A stretch of DNA of 64,000 nucleotides from contig CAXWPL010000003.1 in NCBI GenBank assembly GCA_963666215.2, positions 224,001 through 288,000 on the forward strand, written 5' to 3'. A program made the translations under genes and the position numbers. Positions 51,172 to 59,146 of the stretch are shown here, piece after piece (positions within the stretch are counted from its first letter, which is position 1; each line of letters begins with the position of its first letter). Below the pieces are notes generated by a model that saw only the letters and a list, made by a program, of their open reading frames with translations, ran no database searches and was not told where the DNA came from. The DNA comes from Acidobacteriota bacterium (GTDB taxonomy: Bacteria; Acidobacteriota; UBA890; WLXD01).

Positions 51172-52449
51172 TCACGCGGGGTCGGGCGCTGTAGCCTCGT
51201 TCGTGGAATCGAGGTGCTCGGCGTGCAGCTGGCCGCAGGCGGCCCCGATGTCGGCTCCGCGGCTGTAGCGCACCAGCGCGTCGAGACCCGTGGCTGCCGC
51301 CGCCGAGCGGAAAGCCTCGATGCGGCGGGGAGACGGCCGGCGGAACGGCATCGAAGCAATCGGGTTCCAGGGAATCAAATTGACCTTCACAGGCAGGCCG
51401 CCGAGCAAACGGGCCAGCCGTTTCGCGTGCTCCGGCTCGTCGGTGACCTCTGCCAACAGAACGTACTCAATCGTCACGCGCTCGCGGCGACGCCATCGAA
51501 CGGCTCGTAGTGCCCCGAGCAAGTCGTCAATCGGGTACTTTCGATTGACCGGCATGAGGCGATCACGAACCTCGTCGTCGACCGAGTTGAGCGACACCGC
51601 CAAGCGCGGCCGCAGTGGCCCCAGCTCGGCGAGCTTGGCGATTGCCGGCACGATGCCGACGGTCGAAACCGTGAGGCGCCGCCACGACAGCCCCGGACCT
51701 GCCTCGTCCTGAAGCGCGACCACCGCGTCGGTGACCGCCGGCAGGTTGTCGAGCGGCTCCCCCTGCCCCATGAAGACAATATTGGGGTGTTTGGCTGGAC
51801 CGTCGCCGTGGGTCGCCGACAGGCGCAGCACCTGCCCGACGATCTCCGCCGCGCTCAGCGACCGGATCAGCCCGAGCCGAGCCGTCTGGCAGAACTCACA
51901 GCCGAACCGACAGCCCACCTGTGACGAGATGCAGTACGTCACCCTCTTCTCGTAAGGCATGCGTACCGACTCCACCAGGTCACCGCCGCGGAGCCGAAGC
52001 AGATGGCGGGTGGTTCCGTCGACCGAGTCGTAGCGGCTGTCGAGCTCCGGCGGTGCCACGACCAGGCGTGAGGCAAGAGTGGTCCGCGCGGCGGCCGGCA
52101 GGTTGGTCATGGCACCGAGCTCGAAGACGCGCCGATGAAAAACCCAGCGAGCCAGCTGCTCGCCGCGGTACGGCGCCACGCCGAGCTCGCCGACTTGATC
52201 GCGCCAACTCGACGCCGGGAGCCCGAGCAGCTCGATTCGACCGACCGTGTCGGTAGAATCGTTCGGCTCAGTCGGGTCGACCGGGCCGATCGATTCGGCC
52301 AACGGAGCGATCTCAGGCGCTGGATCGGGCGCCGGCCCCCGACCGGGCTCTTCCAGCGAACCGCCGTCGACTGCTTTCGAGCTCGTCACTTCCCGATCAG
52401 CTCCCCGGCCTGCAAACTGAATCGCCTTTGCCATGTTCATAGGTCGCAT
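51172..52449 (-). CDS. rlmN: 23S rRNA m2A2503 radical-SAM methyltransferase with an N-terminal extension
   Basis: CISSQVGCRFGCEFC, MGQGEPL, GADIGAACGQL; start uncertain. Confidence 0.93.
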   Translation of the reverse strand: MRPMNMAKAIQFAGRGADREVTSSKAVDGGSLEEPGRGPAPDPAPEIAPLAESIGPVDPTEPNDSTDTVGRIELLGLPASSWRDQVGELGVAPYRGEQLARWVFHRRVFELGAMTNLPAAARTTLASRLVVAPPELDSRYDSVDGTTRHLLRLRGGDLVESVRMPYEKRVTYCISSQVGCRFGCEFCQTARLGLIRSLSAAEIVGQVLRLSATHGDGPAKHPNIVFMGQGEPLDNLPAVTDAVVALQDEAGPGLSWRRLTVSTVGIVPAIAKLAELGPLRPRLAVSLNSVDDEVRDRLMPVNRKYPIDDLLGALRAVRWRRRERVTIEYVLLAEVTDEPEHAKRLARLLGGLPVKVNLIPWNPIASMPFRRPSPRRIEAFRSAAAATGLDALVRYSRGADIGAACGQLHAEHLDSTNEATAPDPA

Positions 52450-52474
52450 GCGTCTCGGGCCGAGCGGAGGCCGC

Positions 52475-52480
52475 TATAAT
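52475..52480 (+). promoter_or_regulatory. Candidate -10 element for the lipid A/Kdo operon
   Basis: Perfect TATAAT in the GC-rich divergent spacer, about 120 nt before waaA. Confidence 0.4.
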
Positions 52481-52599
52481 CGGCCAACTCGCGCCCGCCG
52501 CGTCTCGGCTCGACGCTAGGAAGCCGTCTACCACGCCCTCACGGGCCACTCGCGTTCAGCCTTGCGGGACACCGCAGATTAACGCCTTCGCCGCTAGCC

Positions 52600-53922
52600 G
52601 TGTACGCCGTATATACCGTTCTCTACACACTCGCGCTTTGTGCGCTGCTGCCCCGCGTCTTGTGGGACCGACTTCGAGGTGGCCGCTACGCCACCGCTCT
52701 GGCCGAACGCCTCGGACGCGTGCCAGAGCAGCTACAACACATGCCGCCAGGTGGCATTTGGATCCATGCCGTCTCGGTTGGAGAGGTCCGCGCGGCGTGC
52801 GGTTTGGTGCCTCATCTCAAGGAGTTATGGCCGGACAAGCCACTGGTGATCTCAACTGTCACGCCTACCGGTCAGGCCCTCGCTCGCCGCAGCCAGGCCG
52901 ACGCCGCGTTCTATCTACCACTCGACCTGCCGCGGTCGCTGCGGCCCTACTTCGAACACCTACGCCCCAGTGCGCTGCTACTCGTCGAAACCGAGATATG
53001 GCCCAACCTGCTACGCGGGTGCCGCCAGTACGGTGTATCCGCGGCGATCGTGAACGGACGACTTTCGCAACGCTCCCACGGTCGCTATCGATGGCTGGCG
53101 TGGCTCTGGCCCGGCCTCCTAGGCGAGATCGCCGTAGTGTGCGCCCGCACAGCCGACGATGCACGGCGATTCCGACGGCTCCGAATACCCTCGGATCGGG
53201 TGTTCGTATCAGGCGATCTCAAGGCGGACGCTTCGATGCAGCCGGCACCTGGCGTTGCGTCCGGCATGCTGGCCACGGAGCTGGAGATCGAGGCCGACGA
53301 ACCGGGGCTCGTTGTTGCCGGCTGCACGATGGAGGGTGAGGATGAGCAGGTACTCGACGCCTTCGCTCGGTTGCGACGTTCCCACCCGCGGGCCCGGCTA
53401 TTGATCGCGCCCCGTCACCCGGAACGTTTCGATCGTGTCGCGGCGCTGATCGCCGACGCCGGATGGTGCTGCCAAAGGCGAACCGACCCACCCGCAGAGC
53501 AGGCCGCCCACGACGCCGAGGACACACCCACCGCAGACGTCATTCTCTTGGATACGATCGGCGAGCTGCCAAGCGCTTATGCGGCTGGCCGCGCCTGCTT
53601 CGTCGGCGGCAGTCTGGTGGCTAGTGGCGGGCACAACCCGCTCGAGCCCGCCGCGCATGCCAGACCGGTAATCTTTGGCCCACATATGGACAACTTCGCA
53701 GAGCGCGCCGCGGCTCTTCTGGTGGCGGGGGGAGCGCGCCAGGTATCGAATGCAGTCGAGCTGGCCGCCACCTGGCGGGAGTTACTCGACGACAACGCTC
53801 TCGGGCGCCGCATCGGCGATGCAGCGCAGGCCGTTCTGCAAGCCGACGGGTCGGCCGGTGCGCGAACGGCGCGGATTCTGCGCGATCGACTGCCCCCGTG
53901 TCCGGCCCCCAGACGAGCCTGA
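52600..53922 (+). CDS. waaA: Kdo transferase
   Basis: WIHAVSVGE, ETEIWPN, APRHPERF, GGHNPLEPA. Confidence 0.96.
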   Translation: MYAVYTVLYTLALCALLPRVLWDRLRGGRYATALAERLGRVPEQLQHMPPGGIWIHAVSVGEVRAACGLVPHLKELWPDKPLVISTVTPTGQALARRSQADAAFYLPLDLPRSLRPYFEHLRPSALLLVETEIWPNLLRGCRQYGVSAAIVNGRLSQRSHGRYRWLAWLWPGLLGEIAVVCARTADDARRFRRLRIPSDRVFVSGDLKADASMQPAPGVASGMLATELEIEADEPGLVVAGCTMEGEDEQVLDAFARLRRSHPRARLLIAPRHPERFDRVAALIADAGWCCQRRTDPPAEQAAHDAEDTPTADVILLDTIGELPSAYAAGRACFVGGSLVASGGHNPLEPAAHARPVIFGPHMDNFAERAAALLVAGGARQVSNAVELAATWRELLDDNALGRRIGDAAQAVLQADGSAGARTARILRDRLPPCPAPRRA

Positions 53923-55091
53923 TGAACCCGACGACAGTGATGACCACCATGGCCGCCACCACGCCGGCCGCTATCGCAGGAGGCCTGTGGGGCCTCCTGC
54001 TCCGCGCTCGGGCCCGAGGCTACGCGCGTGGCTGGCTCGCTCGAGAGCGGCTCAGCCGGCCGGTCATCGGTATCGGAGCTCTGTCGATGGGAGGTACGGG
54101 CAAGACCCCCTGTACGCAGGCACTCGCCAAGATGCTCACCGATCGTGGGGTGAGCGTTGCGATTCTCAGCCGCGGCTATGGGCGCGACGGCAAGCTCCCG
54201 CTGGTCGTCAGCGACGGTCGGCAGCCCGCGCCCGCGGTCGACATTCGTCGCTCCGGCGACGAGCCCGGTTGGCTGGCGCACGTGCTACCCAACGTGGCAG
54301 TGGCCGTTGCGCGTCGCCGGGTCGACGCCGCCGGGGTGCTTGAAAAAGCGTCAGAAGGCACGTTGCAGCGACCGCCGCCAAGAGCCCCGGACCGACCCGC
54401 AGCGTTTCTGCTCGACGACGGGTTCCAGCATCTGAGACTGGAGCGCGACGTCGACCTGCTGGTGGTCGATGCCGACGCGCCCTATTGGAAAGACCAACTG
54501 CCGCCGGGCGGCCGCTTGCGCGAGCCTCACAGCGCCGCCGAGCGGGCGCATGCGGTGCTGCTGGTCGGGCGCAGCCTCGAAGCAGCGCAGGCAGAGCTCC
54601 GAGTCCGTCTGCCCGGCCGTCCTGTTTTCGTGCTCCAATCCAGGCCGCCCGCCGCCTGGTCACTCAGCGACTTCCACAAGCCGGCCGCCGACCGACCGCC
54701 GGCGGCCGCGGTGCCGACGTCTGACGGCACAGAGTGCGGGCCGAGCACTCCCGGGCAGGGTCCTACCTTCGCCTTCGCCGGAATCGCCAACCCGCAGCGC
54801 TTCTGGCGCTCGTTGCGCGCCGCCGGTGTCGAGCTCGTGGGCCGGCGAGCTTTCGCCGACCATCATTGGTACCGCGCCGACGACCTCGTGACTCTGCAGC
54901 GGGAGGCAGTGACCTGCGGCGCTGTGCAGCTGGTAACCACCGAGAAAGACGCGATGCGGCTCGCGCCGCTGCCGCCGCCGGAGCTGCTGACATGGGTCTG
55001 GCGTCATCGACTGCGCCCAACCGACCCCGCGGCTCTTGGCGACTGGCTACTCGAGCACATCGATCTCGCCGCGCACGGGGTAGCATCGTGA
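53922..55091 (+). CDS. lpxK: Tetraacyldisaccharide 4'-kinase
   Basis: GGTGKTP, SRGYG, GDEP, DDGFQH, LRE, FADHH, TTEKDA. Confidence 0.95.
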   Translation: MNPTTVMTTMAATTPAAIAGGLWGLLLRARARGYARGWLARERLSRPVIGIGALSMGGTGKTPCTQALAKMLTDRGVSVAILSRGYGRDGKLPLVVSDGRQPAPAVDIRRSGDEPGWLAHVLPNVAVAVARRRVDAAGVLEKASEGTLQRPPPRAPDRPAAFLLDDGFQHLRLERDVDLLVVDADAPYWKDQLPPGGRLREPHSAAERAHAVLLVGRSLEAAQAELRVRLPGRPVFVLQSRPPAAWSLSDFHKPAADRPPAAAVPTSDGTECGPSTPGQGPTFAFAGIANPQRFWRSLRAAGVELVGRRAFADHHWYRADDLVTLQREAVTCGAVQLVTTEKDAMRLAPLPPPELLTWVWRHRLRPTDPAALGDWLLEHIDLAAHGVAS

Positions 55092-56050
55092 GCCTCGCGT
55101 CTCTACTCGTTGGTGCGCTGGCCTGGCAGCCGCCGCGCTGGAGCCTGGGCCGTGCGGCGGCGCGAGGACGGCGGCTCGGAGCCGTGATCCACCTGCTCGA
55201 TCGCCGCCACCGCTCCGTCGCGGAGAAGAACCTCGAGCGAGCCTTCCCGAACCGTTCCGCTGCCTGGCACCGTGACACCGCGCGCGCCGCTTTCGAACAG
55301 ATGGGGCGAACGATCACGGAGCTGCTCTGGAGCCCGGCGCTGAAATCCGTTCCGCTGGAGTCGGCCGTCTCACACAGCGGCCTGGAGCATCTCGAAGGCG
55401 CGCTGCGCAACAACCGGGGAGCTCTGATCGTGAGCGCCCATTTCGGCAACTGGGAGCTGATGGCGCTGGCGCTCGGTCGACTGGGCGTACCGCTCACCGC
55501 GATCGCCAGGCCTCTCGACGACGCCGCACTCGAGGCCCGCCTGCACGCACTACGAACCGCGACAGGAAACGAGGTTCTCGGCAAGCGAGACGGCGTCCAC
55601 AGTGCGCTGCGGGCGCTCCGCAAAGGCCGCGCCGTCGTGGTGCTCAACGACCAGAACACGCTGCGTCAACAGGCCGTCTTCGTCCCCTTCTTCGGTCGCC
55701 TCGCGGCCACGACGCCACTCGTTGCCGCCCTTCATCTGCGCACCGGTGCGCCGATCGTCCCCGCCTTCATGATCCCCGAATCGGACAGCTATCGGCTTCA
55801 CATCGAACCTCCTCTTGACGGAATCGAGCCCCCGACTGGCGACCAACCGGCGGCCGCGGAGCAACCCGCCGACGCCGATTCGAGTTGCCCCCCTTGTCCG
55901 GGTGACGACGATCGACGGCGCCTCACGGCGGCCATTACCTCCCGCATCGAGAAACACGTGCGGACCCACCCGCAGGCGTGGATGTGGATGCACGATCGCT
56001 GGCGTACGCGGCCCCTGGAGGCCTCCCCCCTTCCGGATATCGGATCTTGA
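55088..56050 (+). CDS. Lipid A late acyltransferase (LpxL/HtrB family)
   Basis: AHFGNWE, DQ...VPFFG, WMWMHDRWR. Confidence 0.92.
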   Translation: MSLASLLVGALAWQPPRWSLGRAAARGRRLGAVIHLLDRRHRSVAEKNLERAFPNRSAAWHRDTARAAFEQMGRTITELLWSPALKSVPLESAVSHSGLEHLEGALRNNRGALIVSAHFGNWELMALALGRLGVPLTAIARPLDDAALEARLHALRTATGNEVLGKRDGVHSALRALRKGRAVVVLNDQNTLRQQAVFVPFFGRLAATTPLVAALHLRTGAPIVPAFMIPESDSYRLHIEPPLDGIEPPTGDQPAAAEQPADADSSCPPCPGDDDRRRLTAAITSRIEKHVRTHPQAWMWMHDRWRTRPLEASPLPDIGS

Positions 56051-57090
56051 CGCGTCCACCGATCACGATCGAGCCACGCCACTGGATCGTCCGTACGCCA
56101 ACCTGGATCGGCGACACGGTCATGGCGGTAGGCACCATTCGCGCCTTGATGCAGTCGGGCGCGGAGTCCGTCGTACTCTGGGGTCCGCCGCGCACGGGCT
56201 CGTTACTGCGCACCCTGGGGATCGGCAACGACCTGCTCCCCTACGCGCGCCGCAGCGGCCTCGGTGGGCTCGCCGACGTCTGGAGCGGCCGCAAAGCGCT
56301 CGCCGCCCAAATTGCATCGACCGCGCACAACCATGAAGTTGGCGTGTTGCTGATGCCCAACGCGTTCGAGCCCGCGCTGATCGCATGGGCTGCCGCTGCC
56401 GGCCGGCGCGTTGGTTATGCCACCGAGATGCGAGGTGGGCTGCTCACCGACCCGATCGCCGTCCCACCCGTCTCGCAGCCGCTGCACGACGCCGACCGCT
56501 ATGCGGCATTGCTGGGCCCGCTGGGCGTCGCGCCACCGGGCGCCAACGACTACCGTCTGCAGCCGCCAGAACATCTCCTCAACGCCGCCGCTCAGCGGCT
56601 GAGCTCGGCACCGAACCCGATCGCCCTCATTCCGGGATCGGCGAACGATCCGAGGCGGCGCTGGCCGATCGATCGATTCGCACAACTCGCCGATCTGCTG
56701 GCGCAGCGCGACGGCTCAACACCGGTGCTCCTTGGCAGTCCAGCCGAGGTCGCACTGACGCGGGCCGTTGCCGAGCGCGCAACCGCCACATGCCTCGACC
56801 TCGCCGGCACCGATCTACACGAGCTGACCGCGCTGCTGGCGAGCTGCTTGGCCGTTGTCAGCAACGACACCGGCCCGGCGCATCTGGCGGCAGCGCTTGG
56901 TCGCCCCACGGTGGTGCTGTATGGCCCCACCGACGTGCGGCGTACCGGCGTTCGGGGCCCGGCGACGCGCCGGCTCGTGGCGCGGTCGGGGTCGGTCCTC
57001 GAGCACGACGTCGACAGCGTTGTCGACGCCCTGCTGAGCGCTACTCGCGAACCAGAGTCGGAGAGTACCGAGGTGCCGCCGCCGAGTTGA
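56047..57090 (+). CDS. GT9 heptosyltransferase (WaaF-like)
   Basis: PTWIGDTVM, RRWP, SNDTGPAHLAAALG, LYGPT; start approximate. Confidence 0.88.
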   Translation: MTRPPITIEPRHWIVRTPTWIGDTVMAVGTIRALMQSGAESVVLWGPPRTGSLLRTLGIGNDLLPYARRSGLGGLADVWSGRKALAAQIASTAHNHEVGVLLMPNAFEPALIAWAAAAGRRVGYATEMRGGLLTDPIAVPPVSQPLHDADRYAALLGPLGVAPPGANDYRLQPPEHLLNAAAQRLSSAPNPIALIPGSANDPRRRWPIDRFAQLADLLAQRDGSTPVLLGSPAEVALTRAVAERATATCLDLAGTDLHELTALLASCLAVVSNDTGPAHLAAALGRPTVVLYGPTDVRRTGVRGPATRRLVARSGSVLEHDVDSVVDALLSATREPESESTEVPPPS

Positions 57091-57276
57091 CGCTCGCCAT
57101 ATGGCGCGGTTAACGTGGCGCGGCCTCTTGCCCTCCCGCTGCCGTTGGCGGCTCTGCGAGCCCCTCGTTCGGACTCATGGCCCCTCCACACCCACTCGCG
57201 TGGCCACACGCACGCGCCACTCCCGGCACCTGCGCCAGTCCGTCGCAGGACGCCCCATGAGAGCACCCCGACCGTG

Positions 57277-57855
57277 ATGAAACGACTTCTCGGGCGATGG
57301 CGGTCATGGGCAGCCCACCATCGAGTGCACGTTGGCATCCTGTTCGCGATCCTGTACGTAGCCCTCAGCGCTACGTCGCCCGAGCGCCTACCGTACGGGG
57401 CCGCACTCGTGATCGCCGGCGAAACCATCCGGGTGTGGGCCTGTGGGCATCTGGAGCGCAACAAGGTGATCGCGCGGCGTGGGCCGTACGCCCTCGTGCG
57501 CCATCCACTCTACGTGGGCAGCCTGCTCATCGGCACGGGACTCGCGTTCCTCACCCTGCACGTCACGTGGTGGCTGCCGGCGTTCGTGGCCCTGTACGTG
57601 GGCTTCTACATGCCGGCGATGCACATCGAGGAGCTGCGCTTGCAGTCGTTGTTCGGCGCCGAGTACCACGAGTACATGGCAGACGTCCCACGGCTCTTGC
57701 CCCGCATGAGCGCCATCGGCTCGTCAACCTCGAACGGCCGTCGCTTCGAATGGTCACGCGCCGTCGGCAACCGCGAGATGCGAACCATCGCGGTGATGGC
57801 GGCTCTGCTACTGGTGCAACTCGCCAAGCTCTGGCAAGTGACGGCTAGCGGCTAG
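57277..57855 (+). CDS. ICMT/PEMT-family integral membrane methyltransferase
   Basis: GETIRVWA, GPYALVRHPLYVGS, EELRLQSLFGAEYHEYMADVPRL. Confidence 0.88.
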   Translation: MKRLLGRWRSWAAHHRVHVGILFAILYVALSATSPERLPYGAALVIAGETIRVWACGHLERNKVIARRGPYALVRHPLYVGSLLIGTGLAFLTLHVTWWLPAFVALYVGFYMPAMHIEELRLQSLFGAEYHEYMADVPRLLPRMSAIGSSTSNGRRFEWSRAVGNREMRTIAVMAALLLVQLAKLWQVTASG

Positions 57856-57882
57856 CAGAACCCGGGACACCCGTCGTCGGCC

Positions 57883-58215
57883 TCACCACCAGTCGCCGCC
57901 AACCCCACCCGTCCCCGGCGTCACCCGCACCCGATTGACGACCTGCTCCACGCCGGCCACGCGACCACCCAACCGGAGTGCGGTTCTGACCACCTCGAGC
58001 GACGGCGCCGTCCCCGTCAGCACGAGCACGCCGTCCTCGAACGTCACAACAATCTCCGCCCCGGCGAGATCTTCCTCATCCGCGAGCGACTCCTCAACCT
58101 CGATAACGACGGCCTGCGGCTCGCGCACTGGCCTCTGACGCGGTCCAGAGGCGCAGCCGGCACCCATCGTCAACAACAACATGGCCAAGGCCCCGACGGC
58201 CAACAGAGGCTGCAT
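57883..58215 (-). CDS. BON-domain lipoprotein
   Basis: Lipobox GAGC; IVVTFEDGVLVLTG...VAGVEQVVNRV. Confidence 0.8.
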   Translation of the reverse strand: MQPLLAVGALAMLLLTMGAGCASGPRQRPVREPQAVVIEVEESLADEEDLAGAEIVVTFEDGVLVLTGTAPSLEVVRTALRLGGRVAGVEQVVNRVRVTPGTGGVGGDWW

Positions 58216-58296
58216 CTGACTTTTACTGTCTTTTAATATCAATATGATGCTGCAGAAGCATTTTAGACGCGTTATTTGATCTTTGAGCATGATTCG

Positions 58297-58556
58297 ATGT
58301 CACCTATACTTCCGCTGGACACCCAACGACGGCGGTCCGAGAGGGGTGAGAACTTGTCGAACAGACAGAGTGGATCGGCGACGCCGAGCAGCGCCGCGCC
58401 CAAAGAGTTCGTGGAGCGCAGCATCTTCCTGCCGCGGCGCCTCAACATGCGACTCGACGAGCTCTGCGATCGCTCCGGAAAAGAACCAAGCGAGCTCATC
58501 ATCGATGCGATCCGCCTCCTGATGTCGGGAGGTGTGCCGACCGCAGCAGCCTCGAT
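58297..58556 (+). pseudogene. Small ribbon-helix-helix-like DNA-binding protein, 3' end apparently lost
   Basis: VERSIFLPRRLNMRLDELCDRSGKEPSELIIDAIRLL fits the RHH (CopG-like) pattern; the frame then runs into the antisense of the GH fragment. Confidence 0.45.
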
Positions 58557-58874
58557 CGGCAGACAGCCCAACCATCACCATCAGGCCGTGGCGCTGTGCG
58601 ATGTCGAGGAGCGCCCGCGGCGGCATCGTGTGCGGAATGCGCACGGTGTTGAATCCCGCCGCTGCCATCTGGGCGAAATCCCGATCAACCTGGTCGAGAT
58701 CGTGATACTCGCGACCGTCTTCGTCGGGTTCGAACGCCCCGTACGAGACGCCCTTGACGTAGAACTTTTTCGCGCCAATCGCCAAGAATTTCCCGGCGAT
58801 GCGGGGCCGCTGCGCCGGGGTCGCTTTGCTAGCAGCAGCGACCCTGAGGCGGTTCTGGAGTCAGCTGAGCCCAT
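58557..58874 (-). pseudogene. Truncated N-terminal fragment of a GH2-like TIM-barrel protein
   Basis: RPRIAGKFLAIGAKKFYVKGVSYG...DRDFAQMAAAGFNTVRI...LLDIAQRHGLMVMVGL; family-like sequence stops abruptly; nearest ATG (58874) is out of frame. Confidence 0.65.
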
Positions 58875-59081
58875 TAGACCGGCACCGACTAGACGCATGC
58901 TCACCACTGTTCGGAGACCCTTGTAGGCGCAAGGCCAGCTACTGCGATATGGCCACAATCAAAAAGAAAAATCGACACGCTCATGGACGCTGTGCGGCCG
59001 TCTGAGAAGCGCCGACCGGCTAGCGCCGACGCGTCGAAACCGAGGTCCCAGCCGATTCCGCCAGGCCAGCCGAACTGTATC

Positions 59082-59108
59082 GGAACACAGCGGCCCCGAA
59101 TCCCGTAA
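59082..59108 (+). promoter_or_regulatory. Candidate ECF-sigma promoter
   Basis: GGAAC-N17-CGTAA, 38 nt upstream of the permease ATG. Confidence 0.4.
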
Positions 59109-59146
59109 CGGAAGGAGCACCTCACTTCTCGAACTCAGGACTTCCC

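Noticed and set aside
51755-51780. RlmN motif MGQGEP instead of MGMGEP
   Set aside because: Single substitution with all catalytic cysteines intact; insufficient to claim altered (e.g. Cfr-like) activity
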